Shown here one piece after another: positions 25,228 to 38,087 of a stretch of 64,000 nt of DNA (the first letter of the stretch is position 1; each line of letters starts with the position of its first letter). The stretch covers positions 35,156,202-35,220,201 of the forward strand of contig NC_057741.1 of assembly GCF_004010195.1 (NCBI RefSeq). The letters are read 5' to 3'. The notes under the pieces are model-generated. The model did no database searches and was not told the origin of the DNA. It saw nothing but the letters and a program-made list of their open reading frames with translations. Made by a program: the position numbers and the translations under genes. The stretch comes from Chiloscyllium plagiosum. Lineage: Eukaryota.

Positions 25228-26999
25228 GATTCTGCAGTTTTGAAATATAGGTTCTAGTCCTAAAGATTTTCATTTCTGTTCGCTCTTCTGCTCAGGATCA
25301 TAAGGTGTGTTCTCTGTTGCTGCTTGTTATTATAGGTTGGAATTCCCTCTAATCCACTGATGGAGAAGTAAACCATCAGTTTCTCACCATTTCAAGAAAA
25401 ACTTGGCATGTAAAGTGATCTCTTCCTCACTTTGCTTGATTCCGGTCTGATTTGGATGATTTCCCAGCAACAGTTGTGTTCTTGTTGTCACCCACAGTAG
25501 CATGATAAGCTTTGAGTCTGTGGTGGCTCTGCAAGAGCGACTCACCTGGTGCCATTCCCAAAATGTTTCCATGTAGACCTGTAAATCTTTTCCTTTCATA
25601 TGCTTACCAAATTCCCATTTTAAACGCCAAGACTGAATCTGCTTCCACCACACACGCAATGCAATTCCAATCACTCACTGCATAGAAAGACGTTTCTCTA
25701 ATGTCATCATTGGGTTTTTTGCCATTCAGTTTAAGTTGTGGTCTTCTGGTTCATGACTAGTCTAACAATGGAAACAATTTCTCTATCTGTTCACACTCAA
25801 CCCCTCGTGACTTTGAACACCTCGATTAAATCCTTCAACATTCTTCAGGGAGTACAGTCTTAGCTTTCACAATCTGTCCACATAACTAAAATCACTTGTT
25901 CCTCAAATCTTTTTTTGCATGCTTTCACAGCCTCAAGTATGGTGCTCTGAATTGGGCTCAGTATTGCAGTTGAGGGTCAAACAATGTGTTTTAAAGATCA
26001 TCGTAATTTTATTACTTTAATACATCTGCCTCTATTTGTGAAGTCTAAGATCCCATTTGCCATTTATGCCACATTTCAACCTGCAATCTTGCAAGATTTG
26101 TGAACATTTATGCCCCCACCCCTGCTGTTGCAACCACTTTACAACTGTATCCTTTAGATTATATTGCTTCTCATTCTTCAAAAAAAAGCCACTTCACAAA
26201 TTTCTGCACTAAATTTAACTTATTCTACCAACCTGTTTCTGCCGTCTTAAAGTTTGTTGATGTACTGTTCACATGACTGATTTTTGAGTTCTGTAAATTT
26301 TAAAGTTGTGTCCTATAAGCCCGATAAGCAGAGGTTCTTTGCAGTTCTGAGAGTGTGGGCCTGATCTGAGGCAGGGCTGACTGCAGGGAGATTAGGTGGT
26401 GGCACATGGCTGCGAATGTGGAGCCAAGGATCTGGAAGGAGAACCGCTTCTAAAGGTTTTGAATTTGTAGTAGGCACTGGTTGTCCTGTCCATTGCGGGT
26501 CTGGGAAGATGTGGCCCTGAGCTGTGTTGCGGGTCTGGGAAGAGTGTGGCCCTGAGCGGAGTTGCAGGTCTGGGAAGAGTGTGGCCCTGAAGCCCAAGTC
26601 TAAATCATTTAATACTGTATGCATCAAGAAAGCAGTGGTTCTAATACTGACCTCTTTAGAAATTTGTAACATCCTTGGAGAGAGAATAACAGTTAATGGT
26701 TTGCTTTAGTATGACTCTTTATGAACTGAAAGATATTGGAAAATGTTTTGTATACTTTTGACAGATGTAGAGGAGGAGCAAGAGGCCAAATGGCGTAGAG
26801 TCCCAGTGCAACCCCAGGTAGAAGGATTGTTAATGCTGGTTAGAAAAAAAGAGATGTAAAATTGGTGTAAATTAAGGTGTGCAAGGGAGAAAATGGGTCC
26901 ATTGTTTTTCTCTTAGTTGAGTACTACTGGTGAATTGCTGGAATTTACTAGCACAGTACGTGGTCAAAGCGGAGTTGCTGAATATATTTAAGAACTAGA

Positions 27000-28895
27000 T
27001 TCTAAAGCTCAAGTTGTTAAGAAGTATCAAGTGTAAGAGAATGGTGAGAGATGGACACCTTCATGGCTGATCCTGTATGTTGGAACCACTTGGAAATGGG
27101 TGAGATCCTAAATGAATATTTCTTGTCAGCATTTATGGTGGAGAAAGATGCACAACTTAGGAACTCTGAAGTAATTCGTGATGTCTTGAAAAGAGTCCGT
27201 GTTACAGAAGAGGAGATGCTGGATGTCTTAAAATGCAAGAAGATCGAGAAATCTTTGGGACCTGATCAAGTGTATCCCAGGATTGTGAGAAGGTAGGGAA
27301 GTAATTAAGAGTCCCCGAGCAGAAATATTTGTATCATTGACAGCCTCTGGTGAGGTGCCGGAATACTGGAGGGTGACTAATGTACCATTATTTAAGAAAG
27401 GATGCAAGGAAAAGCTTGGGAATACAGACTGATGAGTGTAATATCAGTGGTGGGTAAGTTGTTCAAGAGATTCGAAGCGACAGGATCCACATGTATTTGG
27501 AAGGGCAAAATCTAATGGGGGATAGTCACCATAGCTTTGTGCATGGGAAATCATGTCCCTCAAATTTGAGTTTTTTAAAGATGACCAAGAAGATAGATGA
27601 AGGCAGAGCAGTATACATTGTCAAATTGACTTTGGACAGGCCTTTGACAAGATACCACATGGTAGATTGGATAGTAAGATTAGATCACATGGGCTGGAAA
27701 TGTGTTGCTGGAAAAGCGCAGCAGGTCAGGCAGCATCCAGGGGCTGGAAATGTGTTGCTGGAAAAGCGCAGCAGGTCAGGCAGCATCCAGGGTGCTGGAA
27801 ATGTGTTGCTGGAAAAGCGCAGCAGGTCAGGCAGCATCTGATCTCCAGCATCTGCAGACCTCACTTTCTCCTCTTAGATCACATGGGATCCAGGGAGAGC
27901 TAACCAGTTGGATACAAAACTGACTTGATGGTAGGAGACATGGATGTTTTCAAGACTGGAGGTCTGTGTTCAGTGATATGCTACAAGATTCAGTGCTGGA
28001 ACCACTATTCATTTATAAAAACAATTTGGATGAGAATATAAGTGGAATGGTTAATAAATTTGCAGATGACACAAATTGGTGGGTTAGTGGACTGTGAACA
28101 AGGTTGTCTAAGAGTACAATGGGTTCTTGATTAACTGGGCTAGTAAGTCAAGGAATGGTGGATGGAGTTTAGTTCAGATAAATGAGATGTTGTATCTTGG
28201 TAAGACAAACCAGAGCAGGACTTAAACAACAGGGCTTTGGGCAGAGTGATGAACCAAAGGGGTGCAGGTACATAGTTTCTTGAAACTGGTGTCACAGGTA
28301 GACAAAAGTGGTGAAGGTGTATGGCATTCTTGTTTTCATCAGTCAGCAATGAGTCCAGGAGTTGGGATGTCATATTTCAGCTGTACAGCACATTGTTAAG
28401 GCCACTTTTGGAATAGAATTCTGGTTGCCCTGCTACAGGAAGGATGGCATCCAACCGGAAAGAATGCAATAAAGACTTAGAGGATGATACTTGGACTGGA
28501 AGGTTTGAGTTCTAAGGATAGGCTGGAACATTTTCTTTTTCCTGGAGTGTAAGAGCTTAGGGGGTGACCTTAAGAGGTTTATAAAATCATGAGGGCCATC
28601 GATAAGGTGAATAGCCAAGGTCTTTTCCCCAGGTTAGGAGAGCCCAAAACTAGGGGCCATAGGTTTAAGTTGAGAGGGGACTTGAGGGGCAACTCTTTCA
28701 TGCAGAGGGTGGTGCCTTTATGAAATGAGTTGGCAGAGGAAGTGTTGGTAAAATTAGAAATTTGGACAGATACATGATAAAAGGTTTAGAAGGGTATAGA
28801 CCCAAACACATGCAAATGGAACTGGTTCAGTTTAGGAAACCTTGATGGCATAGATGAGTTAGGCCGAAGGGCCTATTTCCATGCTGTGAGACTCT
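27000..28895 (+). mobile_element. CR1/HER1-like LINE, decayed
   Basis: 'GEILNEYF', 'GPDQVYPR', FADD and the CR1 3' tail. Confidence 0.85.
27694..27873. mobile_element. PLE-terminus insertion with three tandem ~50-bp units plus inverted end, inside a CR1 LINE
   Basis: TSD TTAGATCACATGGG (27680-27693 / 27874-27887). Confidence 0.8.
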
Positions 28896-31801
28896 TAAAT
28901 CACATTGAGTGGTGGAGTGGCCCTGATGGGCTGACTCCTTCTGTTTTCAAATACAAGGATGCAAAGCACACATTTAGCATCTGAACAAAACCATCCACCT
29001 CTTTGTTTAGATCCCCTTTATGATCCCTAATTGACTCCATCTTTTTATCGTTTTGCTATTTCAATGTCAAGAGAATGCTTTTAAATTTTAATATTAGATT
29101 CCAGTTTCTCACCATCTCATGGCTTACTTCCTTATCGCTTTCTTAACTTTTTATGTTCAATCATATTCTTTGTATTATGAATTGACGTCTGTGTTTAGCA
29201 CCCTTTTTATCCCTTTCGTTGGTGTAGGTTTTTCAGTGACTATTTAGAGGAGTTCTCACAGTTTACTAAATGCCCTATTTTAATTCATCTTTGTGGATAA
29301 AATTGACAGTCCAGAAATGAGAAAATACCTTTTCAGGACCAGTGAAAGGATTGAACAATGATTACAAAGTTAGTCATTTCAAAGCTATTCAACAAGGTGT
29401 GGCTTTTGCTTGGGTTCTTACGTCAAGATTAATAACATACAAATGGAAGTATTTGTTCAATTGTTATTGCAACTTTATTGCAGATTGCATCTCTAAAGCA
29501 AAGCTTTGGCGGCGTGTAGAGTGACTTTGGATGTGTGCATATGGATTTCCAATGCTGCTGACTGCTGCAGTGATGGTGGTGGTGGTGAACAGGCAATTTT
29601 GTCGTATTTACCACTAAAACTCTGGCCCATTCATAATGTTTAAAAAGCCATCAACAGTCTTCTTTCTCTAAAGATAAACTATTTTAGAATCATAATTCCT
29701 ACAGTGTGGAAACAGGCCATTAGTCCACACAAGTCCACACTTACCCTCTGAAGAATAACCCACCCTATTACCCTGTAAACTCTTAGTTTAGACATTAAAT
29801 GCCTTGGATGAAGAAGCATATTTAATTTAGCAGTGTTCATTTAAAGATGGTGGCATTACCTTATTTTAGTAGAAAATGATGTCATGCATTTTCAGACTGG
29901 TAAATTCTTTGTGAATACTTTAAATATCCCCACCACTCATTCAGGCATGTTACCAAAAAAACTTTGTTTTATCAATAAATACACATGAATATTAAAATAC
30001 AAGAATTCTTTTTATTTGTTTAATCAGAAATTCAATTAGGCACATCAGGTTTCCCAGTTAGCCATTGTAGCTAATCTGTTACACAGCACTGGTCTAATCA
30101 ATGCTGACATAACAACCATGAGGTATGAAGAAACAGCAGAACAGATTAAGGGATAAGTTCACTAAAGTTTCTAATGGTAGTTTCAAGAAGTATCTGAGGC
30201 AGACCCAGTTATTCCTTTCAAGGATTCTTTACTTGAGGCTATGAGGCCAAAGCAACAAATTGGGATTTTTTTTAAAATACTCTTTCATTATTCATAATAT
30301 GACTAAATTTGCTTTTGGGGCTTTTGAACCGTACTCTTTTTTTTCCCCCCATTATTTAATGTTTTTTAGTTGGTTCTACAACATCATATTTACTGTCCCA
30401 TGATATTTTCCCAACTCCTTGATAACTCCATTTCAAATAAGCTTCTGGTTCTACTAGATCTTTATTAAACCCATTCTCTTTATCTCGTCCCAAACCTAAC
30501 CTTTAATCTGCCCCCACCATTTAGTTTCCCCTCCACCAGCAGCAATTGATTCCTTTTATTTCATTATATCCTTTCAGTTATTCCAGAGCTCACTCTGATG
30601 ATCTAATAATGCAACCCTTCCTCCTTTGACTTCCCACATAGCAACACATTGATGACTACCATGAAACCCCTCCTCCCAGATAGCACAAAACTGGGTAAAG
30701 ACTATCACCCTTCAGCTCTTTATTTTCTTCTCTAAATTAACCCCTCACGTTTCTTTAAACTCCCTCTAAGACCTTAAAATACTTCTATTTACAATACTTG
30801 TTTCAACCAACCCTTGGCTGCTCTCCTATTCCCAGATATTTCCTGGTCTGTTTTATAGAATCAGTTACTCTGTCTCTGGGTGGGCAGCATGCCATTTGCA
30901 ACTTCTGGCTCTGATTGGGGGATAAATAATCCTGACAACATTGGTCCTGTTCTACCCAAAGAGACTTCTAACCAACCAAAAAGCAACAAACTGCAGTTGC
31001 TGGAACTTAGTTCTGATGAAGTCACTGGCCTCAACCTTTTTTTCTCCACAGATGCTGCCAGTCCTGCCCTGCTGAGGTTTTCCAGTAATTTCTGTTTTTA
31101 CTTCTCACCAACCTGTTAGGGCACAGCTTTGGAGCAGGTGGGACTTGAAACTAGGCTATCTGATCCAAAGGTAGGGGTATTACCATTGCACCACATGAGC
31201 ATTCTCAATTTCACACAACACATTACAGTAATGATTAAAGCCAAGTGCTAATTAACACAAGGACAGAAGTAGGCCATTCAACTCCTTTAAGCCTGTGTTG
31301 GCATTTGATGAGACCATGACTGATCTTTGACTTCATTTACACAACTTGGCTCCATGTCCCATAGTAACGTTATTGAGCAAAGTCTATCCACCTCTGTTAT
31401 GGCACTTCCAACCACTCCTTGTCCTCAATTTCAAGAATTTTGAGGCATGATTTCTACTGCCCCTTGTGCAAAGGAAGTACTTCCCGACAACCCAAACAAC
31501 TTAGCTCTAACTTTAAGCATATGCTCCTTCATGTCTTGCTTTCTGTCCTATCACAGCCTATAATTATTAAACATCGCTACTCAATCCTCCATTAACCCAT
31601 GAGAATACAAGCTTAACCCATGCAGCCTGTCCATGTCAAAAGGTTAACAAATGAGAAACTTAAGAGTTTATAGACTTGAAATCTATAAAACATATTACAG
31701 ACCCAGGACTGTTATTGGAAGTAATGGTTAAAGAATTAAACCAGTTTAGAAAATAAGGTTTCATTTCATGTTCTAGGCACCTTTAACTGAAGGCTGTAAT
31801 T

Positions 31802-31966
31802 TTACAATGGAGTTTTTGGTCTCCGTTCTATCCAGGCTGCGATTTTAGGAAGAGCTTCCACACGTTCTTTCAAAGCTAACAATTTGGGATAGTTATGCAA
31901 GACATCAACATTTAGATTAGTGAGGGTGATGGAACAGACGGCCCAGTGAAAATCGGCCCAGGTAAC
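31802..31966 (-). CDS. HPGDS: HPGDS last coding exon (VTWADFHWAVCSITL...IAAWIERRPKTPL*)
   Basis: TTTCAG acceptor, TAA stop; the five exons sum to 600 nt = 199 aa plus stop, the length of human HPGDS. Confidence 0.96.
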   Translation of the reverse strand, partial: VTWADFHWAVCSITLTNLNVDVLHNYPKLLALKERVEALPKIAAWIERRPKTPL

Positions 31967-32902
31967 CTGAAAGCAAAGAAGCATATCAATAATTTTGCAA
32001 AACAGCAACTTGAGTTCAGTACAGACAATTACCAGTGTAATCTTACTGTGTGCAGCCAGTTTGAAGAAAAAAAATCACCACTGTGCATTGTCTATCCCTT
32101 CTGCTCAGTATTCCAATATTTTAATAACCATTATTTCCTCTTCCCATTTTCCAAAGAAATTGGGCACTATTAATTTCTCAGATACTAGTCACTGATATGA
32201 TTGTTCATGGGAAACCAGTTCTTCTAGATTGCCAGCCTAGTAATCACATGAGGTTTTGAAGTTTATGATTAATCATAGCAATCAATCTGTCAATTAAACT
32301 ACAACAGATGAAGCAATAGAAATCCCAGTAGTGGGGTATCCTTGGGGAACACCGATCTCTCAAGCACATGACAATTACTACACTTTGTGTGTCATAGCTT
32401 ATTCATATGTCCCAGACAAAGATGCTTGAATCTAGATTTTGAATATTGTTAGATTATTAAGTGGCAATGTGATATCATAGCATGTCCCAACCTTCTGACT
32501 TTTACATCCAGACAATTCCAACAACAGCGATTCACTAACTCAAAATGGAACAGTTTTATGCCATACTGTCCCAGGGAATCTGAGACCAGTTATAGTTTAT
32601 TTCCCAACGCACACGTTATTGAATGCTTTGTTCTTAATTAATCTGGAACCTTCCCAGTCAGTCTAGCTAATTGAATAGACTAAATCACGCACAGAGAAGA
32701 AAGCAACAATAAAATGGTTCTGTTCACTGAATTTTCCCTTGTTCCCAGTGCAATTATAATGGAGAACAGATTTTCTCACTGGGGAAGGTGGATGTGACCT
32801 TTTCATCAACAGCCTCAATGGGTGAGACTTCAAGATAGAATTGACCATTGAGTCACACTGGTTGGTCTCTATTGCAAATCTCCTAGGCATGAATTATATT
32901 CA

Positions 32903-33032
32903 GGGAGGAGAAAGTGAGGACTGCAGATGCTGGAGATCAGAGCTTAAAAATGTGTTGCTGGAAAAGCGCAGCAAGTCAGGCAGCATCAAAGGAACAGGAG
33001 AATCGACGTTTCAGGCATAAGCCCTTCTTCAG
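32903..33032 (-). mobile_element. PLE-terminus element with hammerhead core in HPGDS sense orientation
   Basis: Flanking repeat GAATTATATTCA (32891-32902 / 33033-33044); minus strand reads CTGAAGAAGGGCTTATGCCTGAAACGTC. Confidence 0.8.
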
Positions 33033-33089
33033 GAATTATATTCACATCATTATTATACTTCATAATAAGTTTCAATAAATTGTACTCAC

Positions 33090-33188
33090 TGAATCACCAA
33101 CAAACCACATTTGGTCTCCCAAGAGCTTGCTCAACCCATCCAGAAGCAAAGGGATGTTATTGGCAAAAACATCTTCTGTTATCTTTTG
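33090..33188 (-). CDS. HPGDS: HPGDS coding exon 4 (QKITEDVFANNIPLLLDGLSKLLGDQMWFVGDS)
   Basis: TTACAG acceptor, GTGAGT donor, 99 nt, phase 0/0; GST 'W.VGDS' motif. Confidence 0.92.
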
Positions 33189-33779
33189 CTGTAAAAGAAA
33201 GTCATTATTCCATTCTGATGAATAAACTCAGTCTATAATTAGAGATATTTTGGTGCAAGTATTTCCTCTGCCACCATTGTATGTTGGTACCCTTTGTAAA
33301 GGAGATGGTGTGGACTCAGTTGAGAGTCAGACAGAATGGTAAGTTTTAAAATAATCAGCTTCAGCCTGAGATAATGCCAACAGAATAGAATGGAGTGATG
33401 ATAGATTAGTGGGAGATTCAAAAACTGAAAGTCATGAAAATAAGGCAGTCATTAATAAATCTATTAAGGATTCAAGAGAAATGTCTTTACTCAAAGTAGT
33501 AAAATAGTGAAGGGAAGAGCACAAATATAGTGGAAAACAATTTAGCTTTGCGCATGAGGGAGAAATGAATAGGCGAACATATTGATGGGATGAGATGAAG
33601 TAGGGTGAGGGTTGATGTAGAATATAAACACTGCAACAAAGGCTGAGTGGCCTTTGCTGTAAATTCTGCCTATAATCGTGGGATTCTAAATATATTTTTT
33701 GGTGGGGGGGGGGATAATTGCAGAATTGCAACAAGTATGTTGTCATAAAATTTCCAGACCAGTCAGAATCCTCCACCAC

Positions 33780-34552
33780 TGTCCTCCATCTTGTTTACTC
33801 ATATTGAACAATCTCTCTTTTAACTTGCCTCACTTTTTTCAAATAAGGTACAACTATCACTACTCCTATGGGCCCTAGTCATGCCTGTCTTTTTGCAAGC
33901 TATATATGGGCACTTGACAGCTTTCTGCATTCAAAATTGAGTTTAACTTCAACCCGTTTAAATTCGTCCTTCATTTTGATATCACCCACCCCTCACCCTG
34001 TTTCTGTATCTTGTTTTCATGGTCTTACATTAACTCACAGTTCATCTTTGTTCTGCCATTAACACCTTCAGTAGAAAAATGAGGGGGAGTTTTTTATAGA
34101 AATCTATAAAATTCTAACAGGACTGGACAGGGTAGATGCAGGAAGAGTGTTCTTGATAATTAGGGAGTCCAGAACCAGGGATCACAGTCTAGCGATATGA
34201 GGTATTATTACAGAGATGGGGAGAAATTTCTTCATTCAGAGAGAGTGATGAGCCTGTGGAATTCTATGCTACAGAAAGCAGTTGATTAACACCTACTTTG
34301 GATGTAAGTCTTGTCTTTTCCACAATCATTACTATTCCCTTTATCTTCCATTTGACGACACCTTGGATCTCATATCTCTCTTAATACTTCCCTGCCCTGC
34401 CTGTCATTCCACTTGCAGTCTCCTTTCCAAGAAGTATAAAATTCATGATGTTTCCACCTCCATTAAGTTCTGAAGAAGTCATATTACAATTGAAACATTG
34501 ACTGTTTCTCTCTCCACAGATGCTGCCAAACCTGCTAAGATTCTCTAGCAGT
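33780..34552 (+). mobile_element. Highly decayed Penelope-like element interrupted by a CR1 fragment (about 34095-34285)
   Basis: MGPSHACLF RT-motif remnant; CTGAAGAAGTC...GAAACATT near the 3' end. Confidence 0.45.
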
Positions 34553-34570
34553 TGGTTCTTAATTAGAGAT

Positions 34571-34700
34571 TAGATTAGAGTGGTACTGGAAAAGCATGTC
34601 AGGTCAGGCAGCATCCGAGGAGCAGGACCTGCTGTGCTTTTCCAGCGCCACTCTAATCTAGACTCTGGTTTCCAGCATCTGCAGTCCTCACTTTTGCCTA
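34571..34700. mobile_element. Fold-back PLE-terminus element lacking the central hammerhead
   Basis: TSD TCTTAATTAGAGAT (34557-34570 / 34701-34714); inverted arms. Confidence 0.75.
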
Positions 34701-35307
34701 TCTTAATTAGAGATGTCTTTTCTCACTGCAAATTTCCATGACAATGCCTCCTGCCGGTCTCAGCACCTTACAGCAGTGAAACACAAACTCTTGAAAAGAT
34801 GCTCTGTAATTGGAAAAGTGGGAGGCTATAACATTTCGATATCCAGAAGCTCTGAACAAACTGCATTGAAATATGTCTTCAAACAAGAAATCTTCCAATT
34901 TCTTATTTCCACTAGGCCATTCTTTCACATCTTATCCTGCTGAAGGCATTGTTTTGAAAGTAGGGTTATGAGCACGGAGGCTAAATAATTATGAAAATGA
35001 TATTGCCTCATTGTGAAATATCCATTTTAAATAATTGATACGAAATTGGCTGCCTTCTGCTGAGATCCAATAGGTTAAGATTTCAGCACAGATAAAGAAA
35101 GGTTAACACATTACTTTCTGAGACAGGAAAATGGAAGTCTACTTTTTATAGTGTTCGAACTGTTTCACAAACTCAGTGTCCTCAACGTGCTTTACAATAA
35201 GTGACGTATTATTAGAGTTGCTATTGCGATGTAGGAACTATGGCAGCTAACTTGCTCATACATAGCTCCCACAAATAGAAGTGTGGTGCATACATGCATA
35301 TATATAT

Positions 35308-35560
35308 TCGATTCTAGCCTTGGGCGACTGTGTGTGTGGAGTTTGCACATTCTTCCCGTGTCTGCGTGGGTTTCCTCTGGGTGCTCCGGTTTCCTCCCAC
35401 AGTCCAAAACATGTGCAAGTCAGGTAGATTGGCAATGCTAAATTGCCCATAGTATTAGGTGTGTTAGTCAGAGGAAAATGGGTCTGGGTGGGTTACTCTT
35501 CGGAGTGTCGGTGTGGACTTGTTGGGCCGAATGGCCTGTTTCCACACTAAGTCATCTAAC
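35308..35560 (+). mobile_element. HE1-type SINE, 5'-truncated
   Basis: Family body and tail. Confidence 0.75.
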
Positions 35561-35574
35561 TTAATCATCTAATT

Positions 35575-36380
35575 TTAGGAGCAGGAATAGGCCACTCCAC
35601 TCAAAACCTGATAACTTTAACACCCCCTTGCTTGCCAAGAATCCAGCCATCTCTGCTTCAAAAATACTCAAGGAGTAATTACTGCTGTTTCAGGAAGTGT
35701 GTTCTAAATACAGAGGAACCTCGATACCCAGCATTCGATTATCCAAATATTGGATTATCTGGCAAGATCGCAAGGTCCTGATGCCCAGCTAAACTATGTC
35801 ATCTGGTATTCAGAATTCGATTAACCAAACAAAATACTGCCCACCTGTGTCCTTCGGATAATCGAGGTTCCTCTATACCCAAGACGCTCAGAGAAAATAA
35901 TTTCTCCTCATCTTAGTCTTAAATGGATGACCTCTTATTTTTAAAACCTAACCGTTTAGTTCTGGATTCTCCTACAAGAAAAAAATTCCTTTTCACATCC
36001 ATCCTGTCTCGACCCTTCTTACATGTTTCAATCAAACCACCTCATACTCTTCTAAACTCCTGACAATACCAGCATCCTTTCCAACCTTTTCTCAAAAGAC
36101 AAAACGCCAATTCCTGATATTTGTCTCGTAAACCCTTCCTGAACTTCCTGAAATGCATTTACATCCTTCCTTAAATAAGGTGAAATAGCGTAGTGTGCAC
36201 AGTACTCTAGATGTGGTCTCACCAGTTTCTGGTATAGCAGTAGCATAATCTCTCTTTTGTATATTCACTTCACCTTATGGTATTATTATTCTTAGTTTTT
36301 CGAATTATTATGGTACATGTGTACTGGCCACTTGTGGTTCATGCAGTAGGACACTCAAATCTCTATTTATCTCAGAGCTC
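35575..36380 (-). mobile_element. Old CR1 LINE 3' fragment containing a MITE
   Basis: 'LYQKLVRPHLEYC' remnant. Confidence 0.7.
35711..35875. mobile_element. Tc1/mariner-pogo-type MITE
   Basis: TIRs CAGAGGAACCTCGAT / ATCGAGGTTCCTCT flanked by TA; internal TTCGATTATCC-like repeats. Confidence 0.75.
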
Positions 36381-36536
36381 TGCAATAGCCACTGGCTCAG
36401 ACAATGAGTATCAACATGGACAAAGTTCCCAAGTCTCTGGAATGAGACTGGGACCCACAGCTACCACCTTAAAAGCAGATTTTTATCTCAACAATCAGCA
36501 CGTCTATATCTTGCAACATCTGAAATTCAATCTTAC

Positions 36537-36646
36537 TTTCACACTGGGGTCCTTTTCGGTCCAGGGGAACATATTCATGAAATCATTTATTGTGTCCACA
36601 ATGGCATCCACTTGAGCTTGTTCGAGGTTGGTTTTTCCTGCTAGGC
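36537..36646 (-). CDS. HPGDS: HPGDS coding exon 3 (GLAGKTNLEQAQVDAIVDTINDFMNMFPWTEKDPSVK)
   Basis: AG acceptor and GTAAG donor, 110 nt; Trp104 and Lys112 conserved. Confidence 0.95.
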
Positions 36647-36775
36647 CTAAGAAAGAATTTTAAAAATGAATGGAAAATATATAAATGGATAATAGTTAGG
36701 CTGAATAACAGGTCACACTGAGCTCACACTGACTGTTGAGACACAGAATATTAAAAACATCCTGGCTAACATTAC

Positions 36776-36868
36776 CTGTTTCTCGGGCCAAATATCTCGC
36801 AATAGCAGTGCTCTGGTTGATCTCAGTTTTGTCCACCTTCAGAATCGGAATTTGTCGAAAGAGCAGAG
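36776..36868 (-). CDS. HPGDS: HPGDS coding exon 2 (SLLFRQIPILKVDKTEINQSTAIARYLARET)
   Basis: AG/GT boundaries, 93 nt, phase 1/1; GST 'QS.AIARYL' motif and Pro52. Confidence 0.94.
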
Positions 36869-38087
36869 CTAGAATGAGAACCACATAGACTCCAGATTAT
36901 TGTGAGTTAGATCAAATTCCCCTGTTAGCAAGCATAGTATTAGGGATGATATTAGCTGTGCAGACTTGCCAAGTCACCCATATTAAGTAGGATATAGTAA
37001 TCTTGATACAAAATGATAATCTCTTAAATTTCCTTCAAAAGTGCTTCCTTAACTATAATGTGCTTTAGGCCCCAGGGTTGTGAAAGGTCCAATATAGAGG
37101 AAAGACTCTATATAAAGACAATGAAAAATAAAGTGGAGTTTTAATTCATCTGGCATTCTCAGAAAATCACAAAAAGCCTGACAGCTAATGAACTGCTTTG
37201 TGAGCAAGCTGAAGCAGCCAATTTTCAAACGCCAGTCCCACCAACAGCAATTGGATGGATAAGCAATTTTAACAGTGTTGGTTGCTGAGTTGATTTTGAC
37301 CAGAACTCCCCAGGGAATTTCCCTGCTCATCTTTCACAGTTTACAGAATCAACACGTACATAGAGGAGAATACCTTGGTCTTTGTGTGGGTTAGGTCATC
37401 TTCTCTGCTTGTCATACGTAATCACCCTGATTATCTGGTTTAAATCTCAAAGTCCTACCCTTGCAGATTGATGACTGATTTGATTGTATCACATGTGGTC
37501 TTTTCCACAACTGTAAATGTAGATAGAATATCAAACTCTAACTATACTGAGACATGTGTCTGTTAGTAACCTTGCTACTGCAGTACCATTGGTAATCTAC
37601 TAGATAGATTTTGGGAAGCCAAGATGATCTTGTGTTTTGACCCTGCATTGTGTACTCCCAATGGATGGAATTGATAACTGTATAATATGAGAATAGTCTC
37701 TCATAGGCTAACCATGGACAACACTTCCTGTGGATTAAGTCTTTCAAGATGCATAGTTAATTTGTTGCTACTAAATCTTGTGTTGATGTTCACTTTTAAG
37801 GTGTGTTGTCCTAACGTTTCATGTCATAGCCTTGTTCGCATTCCATAAGGAGGTTCCTGCTGTCCATAAATCAGCATTGAAAATGTTGGACTGTAGCTTT
37901 AAATCAGTGGAAATCACTGATGCACACTGAAGAGACTAATGCACCTTGAGTTTGTGTCAGTGGAAATTGAACATGCTCGTTCTTTTAAAAACTAGATTCT
38001 GCAGCTGTTGTAAGATTGGTACTTCTACATCAACTTTCAGGAATAAAGAATTCTAGTCTTTCAGAAGTAGACTGCAGTATTTTTTTC

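Noticed and set aside
27694-27840. Repeat-protein ORFs (LEKRSRSGSIQG / MCCWKSAAGQAAS)
   Set aside because: Translations of tandem non-coding PLE-terminus units.
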